64,000 bases of DNA from Porphyromonas sp. (GCA_041848345.1 JBGZIN010000044.1:14989-78988), one strand, 5' to 3'. Numbered from the stretch's first letter, positions 11,056 through 20,657 are shown. Translations and numbers: made by a program. Notes: generated by a model from the letters alone, not told the origin.

Positions 11056-12384
11056 ATGACGACGAATACTTCTTCTGTTCGGCAAGGGCGCAATGACCTT
11101 TCCGCCTTTCTTTTTATGGTTGTACTAATGGCATTAATCGGGCTTATCACCAGTATCAACCAACAGTTTCAAGCCCCTCTTAAGTCAGCATTTTTGGCAC
11201 AAGCCGGTTCTTTGGAGAATACCTTTGCCACCTTTCTGACATTCTCTTTCTTCTTGGCTTACCTTGTGATGGGTCCCACCGGTGCAAAGTATCTCCAACG
11301 CAAGGGATACAAAAATACTCTGCTTTTGGGTACAGCGATCGTGATGAGCTCCTTGGCGATATTCGAGTTATCTGCTCTGTCCTATCAATGGCTTGCCCAC
11401 TCTCCCTCCTTATCATCTTGGAATGCCATTCCCGTGGGTGGAGACATACACCTACCCATAGGCTACTTCTTCTTTTTGATCGGGAGCTTTGTTTCGGGTA
11501 TGGGGCTAACCTATCTCCAAGCCTCTGTCAATCCCTATATTATCGTCTGCTCTGTGCCCAAAACAACGGGGGTAACGCGGCAAAACATTGCCGGGACAGC
11601 AAATTCTCTTATGGGGACGCTCGGACCGATATTCATGGGGTATGTGCTCTTTAAGGGAAAGGAAGGAGCTGAAGTCGAAGTTACCTCCATCGTACTCCCC
11701 TTACTGATACTTATTCTCTTGGTTGGAGCTCTATTCATTGGTATCAAAAGAACACGCTTACCGGAACTAACTCCCGAGGCAAACGATGCGGACACTCCCT
11801 TGGAACATTCCGTCTACAAGTTCAAACATTTACGCTTGGGCGTTATTGCCATATTTATGTATGTGGGCTGCGAGGTTTGCATTGGTAGCAACATTATACA
11901 TTATGCACAACAAGATTTCGGGCTTTCTTATGCGCAGGTAGTAACCTGGAGCAGTCTTTACTGGTTATCAATGCTTATAGGTCGCTTCCTCAGCAGTTTT
12001 CTGACTATGATAAAAGCGAATACCCAACTGCTTGTAACGACATTGACAGCTGCCATTTTAGTAGCCCTTGCCATGATTTTGAAGGAACCAAGAATACTCA
12101 TCGCGGTAGGCTTGCTACACTCGTTGATGTGGGGCGCAATTTTCTCTTTGGCAATCGACAAGCTGGGGAAATACACCACTCGGGCGTCAGGGGCATTGCT
12201 CATGGGGGTAATCGGAGGAGCAGTTATGCCCTTCTTACAAGGTGTGTTGGCAGATTTTGGCAACTCTTGGAATTGGACTTGGCTGTTGGTCGTCATCGGA
12301 GAACTATATATGCTCTACTATGCCATTGATGGTTATAAGCCCAAACCAATACAACAGAACAGAGTGTCTGAAAACGAAAAATAA
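11056..12384 (+). CDS. MFS sugar transporter, FucP/GluP-like
   Basis: About 12 hydrophobic segments; LQASVNPY, IFMYVGCEV, LMIGRF and GVIGGAVMP resemble the glucose/galactose/fucose permease family. Confidence 0.85.
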   Translation: MTTNTSSVRQGRNDLSAFLFMVVLMALIGLITSINQQFQAPLKSAFLAQAGSLENTFATFLTFSFFLAYLVMGPTGAKYLQRKGYKNTLLLGTAIVMSSLAIFELSALSYQWLAHSPSLSSWNAIPVGGDIHLPIGYFFFLIGSFVSGMGLTYLQASVNPYIIVCSVPKTTGVTRQNIAGTANSLMGTLGPIFMGYVLFKGKEGAEVEVTSIVLPLLILILLVGALFIGIKRTRLPELTPEANDADTPLEHSVYKFKHLRLGVIAIFMYVGCEVCIGSNIIHYAQQDFGLSYAQVVTWSSLYWLSMLIGRFLSSFLTMIKANTQLLVTTLTAAILVALAMILKEPRILIAVGLLHSLMWGAIFSLAIDKLGKYTTRASGALLMGVIGGAVMPFLQGVLADFGNSWNWTWLLVVIGELYMLYYAIDGYKPKPIQQNRVSENEK

Positions 12385-12431
12385 CTTGCGAAAAGTACAT
12401 TTATAAGATACTACGCAGGTCATTCGCATCC

Positions 12432-12468
12432 TACCCTGTACTCTCGATCGAAGTACAGGGTATTTTTT
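12432..12468 (+). terminator. Intrinsic terminator after the MFS gene
   Basis: 11-bp stem TACCCTGTACT/AGTACAGGGTA followed by T6. Confidence 0.85.
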
Positions 12469-12507
12469 ATATCACCTGATATTTTTTTTACCCTCACAGA
12501 TAAATTA

Positions 12508-12616
12508 AAATTCGAATGCACTCATCGTCTCATTTTCAATGCATTCATTTTGCAATTTGAATGCGATCATTTTTGAATTTGAATGCATTCATTTTTAAGT
12601 TTGAATGCATCAAAAA
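12508..12616. repeat. 22-bp-period palindromic-core array, locus 1 (5 units)
   Basis: Cores at 12512, 12535, 12557, 12579 and 12601 (e.g. TTGAATGCATTCAT); spacing 23/22/22/22. Confidence 0.9.
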
Positions 12617-12683
12617 TTTCCCATTATCCTTCATTGAAAAAATTTAGGGCAAATAAAAACACTATTTCAGCTCAGAAACAGGC

Positions 12684-12723
12684 AAAAGAAAAAAGCTCTC
12701 AAGTGTCATAAACACCTGAGAGC
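12684..12723 (-). terminator. Intrinsic terminator of rpsO
   Basis: GCTCTCA-AGTGT/ACAC-C-TGAGAGC hairpin with an A-tract on + (U-tract on -). Confidence 0.75.
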
Positions 12724-12792
12724 CTTATTCTAAAAAGGTGGGGTAGTCTCTTCATCAATCCGAGACAAAACCCGACTTCCTTGTTTTGCTTG

Positions 12793-13062
12793 TTATCGAC
12801 GGATACCTAACTTCGCAATGAGGGCACGATAACGTTCAATGTCTTTCTTTGCCACATAGTCCAAAAGACGACGACGCTTACCTACCAACATTTTAAGAGC
12901 ACGAGCTGTTGCAAAGTCTTTCTTGTTCTCTTTAAGATGCTCGGTAAGGTGAGCAATACGATAAGTAAAGAGAGCCACTTGGCTTTCTACACTACCTGTG
13001 TCGTTAGACGACTGTCCATACTGTTCGAAGATCTCTTTCTTCTTAGCTGAATCTAAATACAT
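12793..13062 (-). CDS. rpsO: 30S ribosomal protein S15
   Basis: 89 aa; DTGSVESQVALFT, HLTEHLK, LVGKRRRLL and LGIRR. Confidence 0.98.
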   Translation of the reverse strand: MYLDSAKKKEIFEQYGQSSNDTGSVESQVALFTYRIAHLTEHLKENKKDFATARALKMLVGKRRRLLDYVAKKDIERYRALIAKLGIRR

Positions 13063-13126
13063 TTCGTTTTTACAATTAACGAGTTAAACAATGGGTGCTG
13101 CACCCGCACTACGGTTGCAGATCGTC

Positions 13127-13136
13127 TGCAAAGGTA
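13127..13136 (-). promoter_or_regulatory. Bacteroidota -7 promoter element (TACCTTTGCA) for rpsO
   Basis: TAnnTTTG about 65 nt upstream of the rpsO ATG. Confidence 0.7.
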
Positions 13137-13181
13137 ATACTTTTGAAAAGAAAGACAATAGGCACAAGATAAATTGTGCTA

Positions 13182-14063
13182 TCAAATTCTTTCCAAAACG
13201 AGGTCTATCAAGCCCTCGATACTTCCCTTGTAATTGGTATTCATATTTAGATTTTGTCGCCCTGCGATAATGCAACAAACAGTCAAAGCCCTGTGTCCCA
13301 ACAAACTTGCCATCCCCGATAATACAGAAGATTCCATCTCAAAATTGGTTATCTTAAAGTGCTTATAACGAAATGCCTCTATCTTCTTATTCAGCTCCTC
13401 ATCAGCTAAGGGAAGGCGTAATTTACGCCCTTGGGGGGCATAAAAACCGTTACAAGCGATCGTTGAGCCTTGTACAATGAGGTTGTCTTCTCCGACAATT
13501 TGCTGCAAAAGGTTCTTATCAGCCGAAACAACATAGGGCTTAAGCCCCTCTATGCTCCAATCCAGCTGCTCCATCAATGCTTGCTCATACTCCAGGTCAC
13601 GTATACTGTGCGTATTCGCATAGAAGTTAATCACACCGTCAAAACCAATCGCTTTTTCTGCGGCTACGTACGTTCCAATGGGAGTTTCAGGTTGAATACC
13701 GCCCGAGGTACCAATACGTACCATTGTCAATTGGCGAAAATCATCTTTCACACACCGCTTTTCCAAATCAAAGTTGGCAAGAATATCAAGTTCATTTACC
13801 ACAATCTCAATGTTATCTCCCCCAATGCCATGGCTCTGTACCGTGATGCGTTTCCCTTTGTAACTCCCTGTAATGGTTCTAAACTCTCGATTGGTAACAT
13901 CACATTCGATTGTGTCGAAACGAGAGGCAATCATACCTACCCTATCGGGATCGCCACACAAAAGGATCTTATCCGATAGTTGCTCCGGTTTCAGATGCAA
14001 ATGAAAAATAGAGCCGTCCTGATTTACAATCAATTCAGAAGAGGGTATTATACGTTTTTCCAT
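13182..14063 (-). CDS. Nucleoside (uridine-type) phosphorylase, PNP_UDP_1 family; start moved to ATG 14063 (MEKRIIP)
   Basis: HLHLKPEQ, CGDPDRV, NREF, SHGIGGDN, RIGTSG, GFYAPQGR and NFEMES. Confidence 0.88.
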   Translation of the reverse strand: MEKRIIPSSELIVNQDGSIFHLHLKPEQLSDKILLCGDPDRVGMIASRFDTIECDVTNREFRTITGSYKGKRITVQSHGIGGDNIEIVVNELDILANFDLEKRCVKDDFRQLTMVRIGTSGGIQPETPIGTYVAAEKAIGFDGVINFYANTHSIRDLEYEQALMEQLDWSIEGLKPYVVSADKNLLQQIVGEDNLIVQGSTIACNGFYAPQGRKLRLPLADEELNKKIEAFRYKHFKITNFEMESSVLSGMASLLGHRALTVCCIIAGRQNLNMNTNYKGSIEGLIDLVLERI

Positions 14064-14100
14064 AATATGTAGTAAGAAAGTAAATGCGTAAAAAGTGTTC

Positions 14101-15156
14101 CTAATTTCTATTCTGCGTATCTCTCCACGGATACCACGCCGCAATAGGACGCTTAGACTCCAAATCATTGGTCGTTATTCGAGTCGTGGTATCATTGAGT
14201 CGAAAAGTGTAAATGTTCACCTTGCCCATTGGACAAAAACGATCGGATGCCAAAACGCCTACTTTGTAAAGATCATCGTAAATCAAAAAATAGTCATTGA
14301 ATGGGGAATTAAAAGGCATTCCCAATAGCGTTGGGGGAAGGAATTCTTTTGTATCCGATTTTTGGCGAGTCATATACAAATCGTACCCTCCTATCCCTTC
14401 AGTGCCATTATGCGAAAAGAGCAGCGTTATTCCATCTTGTCGAAGAACGGGATAAATCTCGTCAAAAGAACTGTTTAGAACTGCCAACGGCGTGGCTTGA
14501 TCCCAAGCATTCGCTACCTTACGTGTATAGTAAATATCTTCACTTCCATTGTCTCCAATGCTTGAATAGTAGCGTTCATATCCCAAACTCGTTTGATAAA
14601 TAGGGTAACGAGCCTCTGTACTCTCCTGTTTGAGGAAAGCACCCCACTCTCTTGAGAGTTTACCTTGAGGGAAGTGTGACAATTGAGATAAATCCACTTG
14701 GATACTATCAATCACCTCTACACTCTCTGCATACTCCAGCATCTGAGCTGCTCGGGATGCCTTTGCCTTAAGCAAGTGCATATCGTTGGGCAGCTCCTTC
14801 TTTTTTCCACGCATGAGTTCTATTGTGCTGATTGCCTCCGAAAAACGATATGTTCTGTGATAAGCCTGAGCCAGTAAAATCAACGTTTCATTTCTTTTCT
14901 TTCCCTTTCCGGCAAGTAACAGATGCACCACTTCATTGTCTCGACCCGCCTGAAGTAGCATTTTTGCTCGAGCCTCTTTGAAAAAGGCATTATTAGGAGC
15001 TTTTTCCAGCAAAATACGATATATGGAGTCTGCCTCTGCAAACGCACCTCGCCCTGTCAATAACTCTGCTTCTTCCAATGTTTGAGCCATTGATGGGATA
15101 AAAAAGGCAATAAAAAAAAGCGTAAGAAGCGTGAATTTACAGCGATACATAAGCAT
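14101..15156 (-). CDS. Exported TPR protein with a C-terminal PD40/beta-propeller-like region
   Basis: Signal-peptide-like N-terminus, helical TPR-like repeats, then DIYY, GIGGYDLY and LGMPFNSPFND motifs. Confidence 0.65.
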   Translation of the reverse strand: MLMYRCKFTLLTLFFIAFFIPSMAQTLEEAELLTGRGAFAEADSIYRILLEKAPNNAFFKEARAKMLLQAGRDNEVVHLLLAGKGKKRNETLILLAQAYHRTYRFSEAISTIELMRGKKKELPNDMHLLKAKASRAAQMLEYAESVEVIDSIQVDLSQLSHFPQGKLSREWGAFLKQESTEARYPIYQTSLGYERYYSSIGDNGSEDIYYTRKVANAWDQATPLAVLNSSFDEIYPVLRQDGITLLFSHNGTEGIGGYDLYMTRQKSDTKEFLPPTLLGMPFNSPFNDYFLIYDDLYKVGVLASDRFCPMGKVNIYTFRLNDTTTRITTNDLESKRPIAAWYPWRDTQNRN

Positions 15157-15255
15157 TGATTGAAAGAGTTGAAGAGGTTTTTTATTCTTATAACAAGCAA
15201 TAAAAATGAGAGAAAAGAGAGCTTATAGACAATGGTAAAAGAGAAAGAAAATCCA

Positions 15256-15298
15256 CAAAAAAGAAAGAGTACTCCTCCCTATTAGGAAGAGACTCTTT
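15256..15298 (-). terminator. Probable intrinsic terminator after trxB
   Basis: AAAGAGT..CTC..GAG-ACTCTTT hairpin with an adjacent A-tract on +. Confidence 0.6.
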
Positions 15299-15312
15299 CC
15301 TCTTTCTCTCTC

Positions 15313-16263
15313 TTAGAGATTGTTTTCAACGAGATATTTTTCAGCTTCCAATGCAGCCTTACAACCTGATGCTGCGGAAGTAATTGCTTGGCGATAACGA
15401 GAGTCGGCAACATCTCCGGCAGCAAACACTCCCGGTACATTTGTCAAAGGAGTGCCATTATGCGTGATGATGTATCCGGACTCATCCAAATCAATCTGCC
15501 CTTTGAAGATATCCGTATTGGGATGATGCCCGATCGCCAAGAAAAAACCATCAATCGCTATATCGACCATTGTTTCATCGGCTTCCCCTTTACGTTTAAC
15601 CAAATGAGCACCCTCTACTCCATCTTCACCAAAAAGGCCTACGGTATTATGCTCAAAAAGCACCTCTATTTTGGGATTGCTAAGCACTCTATCCTGCATT
15701 ACTTGAGAAGCTCTCAAATGATTCTTTCGGACAATGAGGTAAACTTTATTTGCCAATCCCGCCAGATAGGTTGCTTCCTCGCAAGCTGTATCTCCACCTC
15801 CAACAACGGCTACGGTGCGCCCTCGATAGAAAAATCCATCACAAGTGGCACAAGCGGAAACCCCCATGCCGGCATATTTCTCCTCATCGGGTAGCCCAAG
15901 GTACTTTGCAGCAGCACCCGTAGCTATGATGAGAGAATCAGTCGTTATTTTCTTTTCTCCATCGATAGTTACCGTATAGGGTCTCTTTGAAAGATCCACT
16001 TCCGTAGCCAATCCGGGACGAATATCTGCTCCGAAGCGAAGTGCTTGTTCTTTTATTTGGTTCATCATCTCCGGACCCGTGATTCCTTCCGGATAACCGG
16101 GAAAATTTTCAACGTCTGTGGTAGTTGTCAGCTGCCCACCCGGTTGCAATCCTGAAAACAAAACAGGACGCAAGTTTGCTCGAGAAGCGTAAATCGCCGC
16201 AGTATATCCTGCAGGACCCGAACCTAAAATCAGGCAACGTACATGTTCATTTGTTGTACTCAT
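15313..16263 (-). CDS. trxB: Thioredoxin-disulfide reductase
   Basis: GSGPAGY, GGQL, SACATCDG (CxxC), GGGDTA and GVFAAGDV. Confidence 0.97.
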   Translation of the reverse strand: MSTTNEHVRCLILGSGPAGYTAAIYASRANLRPVLFSGLQPGGQLTTTTDVENFPGYPEGITGPEMMNQIKEQALRFGADIRPGLATEVDLSKRPYTVTIDGEKKITTDSLIIATGAAAKYLGLPDEEKYAGMGVSACATCDGFFYRGRTVAVVGGGDTACEEATYLAGLANKVYLIVRKNHLRASQVMQDRVLSNPKIEVLFEHNTVGLFGEDGVEGAHLVKRKGEADETMVDIAIDGFFLAIGHHPNTDIFKGQIDLDESGYIITHNGTPLTNVPGVFAAGDVADSRYRQAITSAASGCKAALEAEKYLVENNL

Positions 16264-16286
16264 CAATGTTATATCTAAATAAAAAT

Positions 16287-17174
16287 TTATTGATCTCTTC
16301 CTTCAATCTCTACGTTGGGAGCAATTTTTCGAACCAATCCTTGCAGTACGTTACCCGGTCCCAACTCCACAAAATGCGTTGCTCCATCGGCAACCATTTG
16401 AGCAACAGACTCTGTCCAACGTACAGGAGAAGTCAATTGTTTTATCAAGTTCTCCTTTATTTCAACAGGATCAATGACACCCTGTGCAACAACGTTTTGA
16501 TAGATTGGAGCAATTGGTTTGCTGAAAGTTGTCTCTGAAATCGCTTTTGCCAATTCTTCTCGAGCAGGTTCCATCAAAGGAGAGTGAAAAGCTCCTCCCA
16601 CCTTCAAAGGCAAAGCTCTTTTGGCTCCAGCCGCCTTCATTAGCTCGCAAGCTTTCTCTACCCCCGCGATTGTACCGGAAATAACAATTTGTCCGGGGCA
16701 ATTATAATTTGCGGCAACAACGACTTCATCCGTTACGGAAGCACATATTTCAGCCACTTTCTCATCGGGAAGTCCCAATACTGCCGCCATGGTTGAAGAT
16801 GTTTTTTCACACGCTTTCTGCATCGCTTGAGCCCGTTTGGAAACCAACTGCAACCCATCTGCAAAAGAAAGTGCATTTCCCGCTACCAATGCAGAAAATT
16901 CACCTAACGAATGACCTGCCAACATTTGAGGAGCAAAATCGGCACCCAAACATTTTGCCATAATAACAGAGTGCAAGAAAACAGCCGGCTGGGTTACTTT
17001 GGTCTGCTTGAGATCTTCGTCAGTGCCCTTAAACATCGTGTCTGTAATGCAAAAACCCAATATCTCATTCGCCTCTTCAAACAACCGCTTGGCAACCTCA
17101 TTCCCCTCATAAAGGGGCAATCCCATGCCTACGAATTGAGCTCCCTGCCCCGGGAAAACATATGCTTTTTTCAT
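16287..17174 (-). CDS. fabD: Malonyl-CoA-ACP transacylase
   Basis: VFPGQGAQ, TQPA, GHSLGE, ANYN and GAFHS. Confidence 0.97.
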   Translation of the reverse strand: MKKAYVFPGQGAQFVGMGLPLYEGNEVAKRLFEEANEILGFCITDTMFKGTDEDLKQTKVTQPAVFLHSVIMAKCLGADFAPQMLAGHSLGEFSALVAGNALSFADGLQLVSKRAQAMQKACEKTSSTMAAVLGLPDEKVAEICASVTDEVVVAANYNCPGQIVISGTIAGVEKACELMKAAGAKRALPLKVGGAFHSPLMEPAREELAKAISETTFSKPIAPIYQNVVAQGVIDPVEIKENLIKQLTSPVRWTESVAQMVADGATHFVELGPGNVLQGLVRKIAPNVEIEGRDQ

Positions 17175-17180
17175 ATACAA

Positions 17181-18635
17181 TTAAACCAACTTAAGAGTGT
17201 TCAACAAGACTTGGTAAGAACGAGCAACCGACTCAATATGTACTTTCTCATCGGGAGAGTGCGGATGCCTGATTTCCGGTCCGAAAGAAATCATATCCAT
17301 ATTGGGCATAACTCCTTGGATAATGCCACACTCCAAACCAGCATGCATCACTTTTATATCCGGTTTTTCATTATAGAACTCCTCAAAAGCTTTGCTCATC
17401 ACAGTCATGATGTGCGACTGGGCATTGGGCTGCCAGCCCGTATAAGAAGCATCAAACTCAACCTTTGCTCCCATAAGGAGGAAGGTACTCTCTATACTTG
17501 ATGCAACCCACATCTTACGACTATCCGAAGAACTTCTCACCAAGAACTTGACATCCACCTTCCCTTCTCCGGCTCGTACGATAGAGAGATTGGTTGAAGA
17601 CTCTACCGTATCGGGGAAACTCTGCAACATGGAGATGGGTCCGTTCGGACAAGCCTCCAAGGCATTGATAAGATTGTCTTGCACATCTTCCGGGATAAGG
17701 TAGCCGGGGAGAGGACATTTTTCAATCTTCAACGTAATGTTATCCTCAATCCCTGCAAACTCCTTTCTGAACAAAGCCTCAAAATCAGCTATGAACTTAT
17801 TGAAGTTTTCACTATCCTCGGGAGCCAATGTAATTGTTGCAAAAGCCTCACGGGGTACGGCATTACGCATTGTACCTCCCTCTAAAGAAGAGAGACGCAC
17901 GCCAAACTCTTCAATCGCCACTTTCAACAAACGCGCCATCAATTTATTGGCATTAGCTCTTCCAACATGAATGTCCACGCCCGAGTGACCTCCCTTGAGC
18001 CCTACGAGCGAAAGGCGCACGGCGCAGTCATCTTCCGAAGAGGTCTCTTGCTCTTGGTATTCCAATGATACGTTTATATCAATCCCGCCGGCACATCCGA
18101 TGAACAGCTTACCTTCCACTTCCGAGTCTATATTCAAAAGAATATCTCCCTTCAAAAATCCCGGTTTAAGCCCATTGGCTCCATCCATTCCCACCTCTTC
18201 GTTGATTGTAAAGAGAGCTTCGAGGGGACCATGTTCCAAAGAAGTATCTTCCATAATCGCCAGTGCCATAGCCGCTCCAATGGCATTATCTGCCCCCAGA
18301 GTAGTTCCTCTTGCTTTCACCCACTCGCCATCAATGTAGGCATCTATGGGATCTTTGGAAAAATCATGTACCACATCCGAATTTTTCTGTGGTACCATAT
18401 CTACGTGCGACTGTAAGGTTACGATAGGTTTATTTTCATATCCCTTTGTGGCAGGTTTGCGAATTAGGATATTCCCTACCTCGTCTCTCAGGGTTTCAAG
18501 CCCCATTTTCTTACCACATTCATATACATAATTGGTTACCTCTTCCATTTGTCCTGTTGGACGAGGTATTTGGGTGAAATCATAAAAATACTTCCACACG
18601 GAAGCGGGTTGCAAATTCAAAATTTCTTTTGCCAT
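17181..18635 (-). CDS. pepD: Aminoacyl-histidine dipeptidase (M20C)
   Basis: LQSHVDMV, TTLGADN, NEEVGM, NIDSE, HAGLECG and HSPDE. Confidence 0.93.
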   Translation of the reverse strand: MAKEILNLQPASVWKYFYDFTQIPRPTGQMEEVTNYVYECGKKMGLETLRDEVGNILIRKPATKGYENKPIVTLQSHVDMVPQKNSDVVHDFSKDPIDAYIDGEWVKARGTTLGADNAIGAAMALAIMEDTSLEHGPLEALFTINEEVGMDGANGLKPGFLKGDILLNIDSEVEGKLFIGCAGGIDINVSLEYQEQETSSEDDCAVRLSLVGLKGGHSGVDIHVGRANANKLMARLLKVAIEEFGVRLSSLEGGTMRNAVPREAFATITLAPEDSENFNKFIADFEALFRKEFAGIEDNITLKIEKCPLPGYLIPEDVQDNLINALEACPNGPISMLQSFPDTVESSTNLSIVRAGEGKVDVKFLVRSSSDSRKMWVASSIESTFLLMGAKVEFDASYTGWQPNAQSHIMTVMSKAFEEFYNEKPDIKVMHAGLECGIIQGVMPNMDMISFGPEIRHPHSPDEKVHIESVARSYQVLLNTLKLV

Positions 18636-18644
18636 AGCTGTCTT

Positions 18645-19664
18645 TTATTTAGCTGTTCTATTATAGTTTCTATTCAGTAAAGGTAGCACTAAGATAGCAA
18701 AAAAACCAACAAGTGCATTACCCACTGTCTGTAAAGAGTGTACGACAAGAGCAAAGAAGCCTGCATCTTGTCGAGTAACTCCGAAAAGTGTCAAGGTAGT
18801 TATCACCATGAAATGCCATGCTCCGATCCCCGATTGGACAGGAGCCACAACGCCGATCGTACCCATAATAAACCCCAGAAAAGCAATCTCCCAACTCAGA
18901 TTTTGGGTAAAAGGGAATGCCATAAAGGTCATGGAAAAGGCATAGTAGTAACAAAGCCAGGTCAATACAGTGTAAAACACAAATTGCCAAGGATGAGCAA
19001 GCGATCGGATAGAACGCAAGCCCTCTATCACCATCTGCCAATCTCCACGTAATTTTTGCCATAGATTTTTTTTTCGTGCCCCAACCAACAGCAAAATCAC
19101 AAGAAGAGAAAAAACCGTGAGTATCAGCCAAAATATCGGAGAAGAGAACCATAACCGAAACCTTTCTCCCCAATTATTTTGTGTTGAAAAAAAGGCTCCC
19201 AATTCTTCTCTAAAGAGCATGAGACAGCCAACAAAAAGGATGACAACGGAAAGCATATCCACGAGCCTATCCATGAACAAAGTACCCAACAGTTTGGGAA
19301 AAGGAAGGTTTTCTCGACGCGCCAAGGCAAAACAGCGCCAAATCTCCCCGGCACGAGGGAACAACAGATTGACAGCAAAACACCCCCAGGAGGTCAGTAC
19401 GGCATTCAGTCGTCGAGGAGCAGGGGTACTAAAAGGCTCGATAAGCAATCGCCAACGCAAGCCATGAAAAAGGTTTGCCAAAACACCTAAAACGATGGAT
19501 CCGCCTATGACATCCCAGCGAATACGGTCATCAAAAAGATAGGATTGTAGCTCTGTAACATCAATAGACCTGTAAACAAGAAGAAACAATCCCACACCTG
19601 CAAGCAAAGAAAAAAAGAAACGCAATAAATTTTTCTTCCCCAACAAAGATTGTAAACTACTCAT
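18645..19664 (-). CDS. Lysylphosphatidylglycerol-synthase TM-domain (UPF0104/flippase-like) membrane protein
   Basis: Multi-TM; LRWRLL, PRAGE, ERxxD-like DRLVD, and PVQSGIGAWH. Confidence 0.8.
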   Translation of the reverse strand: MSSLQSLLGKKNLLRFFFSLLAGVGLFLLVYRSIDVTELQSYLFDDRIRWDVIGGSIVLGVLANLFHGLRWRLLIEPFSTPAPRRLNAVLTSWGCFAVNLLFPRAGEIWRCFALARRENLPFPKLLGTLFMDRLVDMLSVVILFVGCLMLFREELGAFFSTQNNWGERFRLWFSSPIFWLILTVFSLLVILLLVGARKKNLWQKLRGDWQMVIEGLRSIRSLAHPWQFVFYTVLTWLCYYYAFSMTFMAFPFTQNLSWEIAFLGFIMGTIGVVAPVQSGIGAWHFMVITTLTLFGVTRQDAGFFALVVHSLQTVGNALVGFFAILVLPLLNRNYNRTAK

Positions 19665-19758
19665 TTCTATGTCCTTTCTCCTCTATTATTCTATTTCTTT
19701 ACTCCTGTTTTTTGAACCGAGCAACGACATAAATTGCCTATAATAGCCCATGAATGCC

Positions 19759-19790
19759 TAATTTCGCACCCATAAGACAATGCAAATATA
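19759..19790. promoter_or_regulatory. Face-to-face (overlapping) -7 elements: TAATTTCGCA (+, rsmA; variant) and TATATTTGCA (-, upstream of the 19664 gene)
   Basis: Match or near-match to TAnnTTTG between divergent genes. Confidence 0.5.
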
Positions 19791-19810
19791 CTTGATATTT
19801 CAAAGAGCTA

Positions 19811-20611
19811 ATGAATAAAGTACGTGCAAAAAAGGCTTTAGGGCAACACTTTCTCACCAATCAAACAGCTGCTCAATCCATAGGAGAGAGCATTTTACCC
19901 TGGAAAGGGACTCCCGTATTGGAGATAGGACCCGGTATGGGAATGCTAACTCAAGTGCTACTCAATTTGGATTTTGAACTTTATTTGTTAGAAATCGACC
20001 ATGAGTCTGTCGAGTATCTTCGGGAAAATTTCCCCTACTTCTCAGATGGACGACATATTACGGAGGGAGATGTTTTACACCTACCCGAACAAGAATTGAT
20101 TCCGGGAAAAGCGGACACTCCATTTATAATGATCGGCAATTATCCCTACAATATCTCAAGCCAAATTTTCTTTCGTCTTTTGGATTTGAGAGATCGTGTA
20201 CCATGCTGTGCAGGGATGCTTCAAAAAGAGGTTGCCGAGCGTCTGTGTGCCTCTCCGGGAGGGCGTGATTACGGCATTCTAACCGTACTGCTTCGATGCT
20301 GGTATGATGCCGAATATCTCTTCACTGTAAGCGAATTGGATTTCGACCCACCTCCAAAAGTGAAAGGTGGCGTGCTCCGCCTGACACGAAACAACCGAAC
20401 CTCCCTTCCCTGCGATGAAGCTCTTTTCAAGATGGTGGTCAAAACGGCATTCGGACAGAGACGAAAAACGCTACGCAATGCACTCAAAAAGATGTTCGGA
20501 GAGGCGTATGATTTCTCGCCTCCCATCTTCTCACTCCGCGCAGAACGTTTGGATGTCGAAGAATATATTTGGCTTACCCAAGAATATGAAAAGTTGCTAC
20601 AACGGCGGTGA
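19811..20611 (+). CDS. rsmA: 16S rRNA m6,2A1518/1519 dimethyltransferase
   Basis: KKALGQHFL, LEIGPGMG, GNYPYNIS, PPPKV and AFGQRRKTLRN. Confidence 0.97.
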   Translation: MNKVRAKKALGQHFLTNQTAAQSIGESILPWKGTPVLEIGPGMGMLTQVLLNLDFELYLLEIDHESVEYLRENFPYFSDGRHITEGDVLHLPEQELIPGKADTPFIMIGNYPYNISSQIFFRLLDLRDRVPCCAGMLQKEVAERLCASPGGRDYGILTVLLRCWYDAEYLFTVSELDFDPPPKVKGGVLRLTRNNRTSLPCDEALFKMVVKTAFGQRRKTLRNALKKMFGEAYDFSPPIFSLRAERLDVEEYIWLTQEYEKLLQRR

Positions 20612-20616
20612 ACACT

Positions 20617-20657
20617 AAAAAAAGCCCCTCGATACCTAAATATCGAAGGGTTTGTTT
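20617..20657. terminator. Bidirectional terminator between convergent rsmA and cdd
   Basis: A7 - GCCCCTCGATA/TATCGAAGGGT hairpin - TTTGTTT. Confidence 0.7.

Noticed and set aside
19066-19074. A9 homopolymer in the UPF0104 gene (and T8 in vimA near 35028-35035) as phase-variation tracts
   Set aside because: Frames are intact, and runs of this length are expected in an AT-rich genome with Lys/Phe codons.
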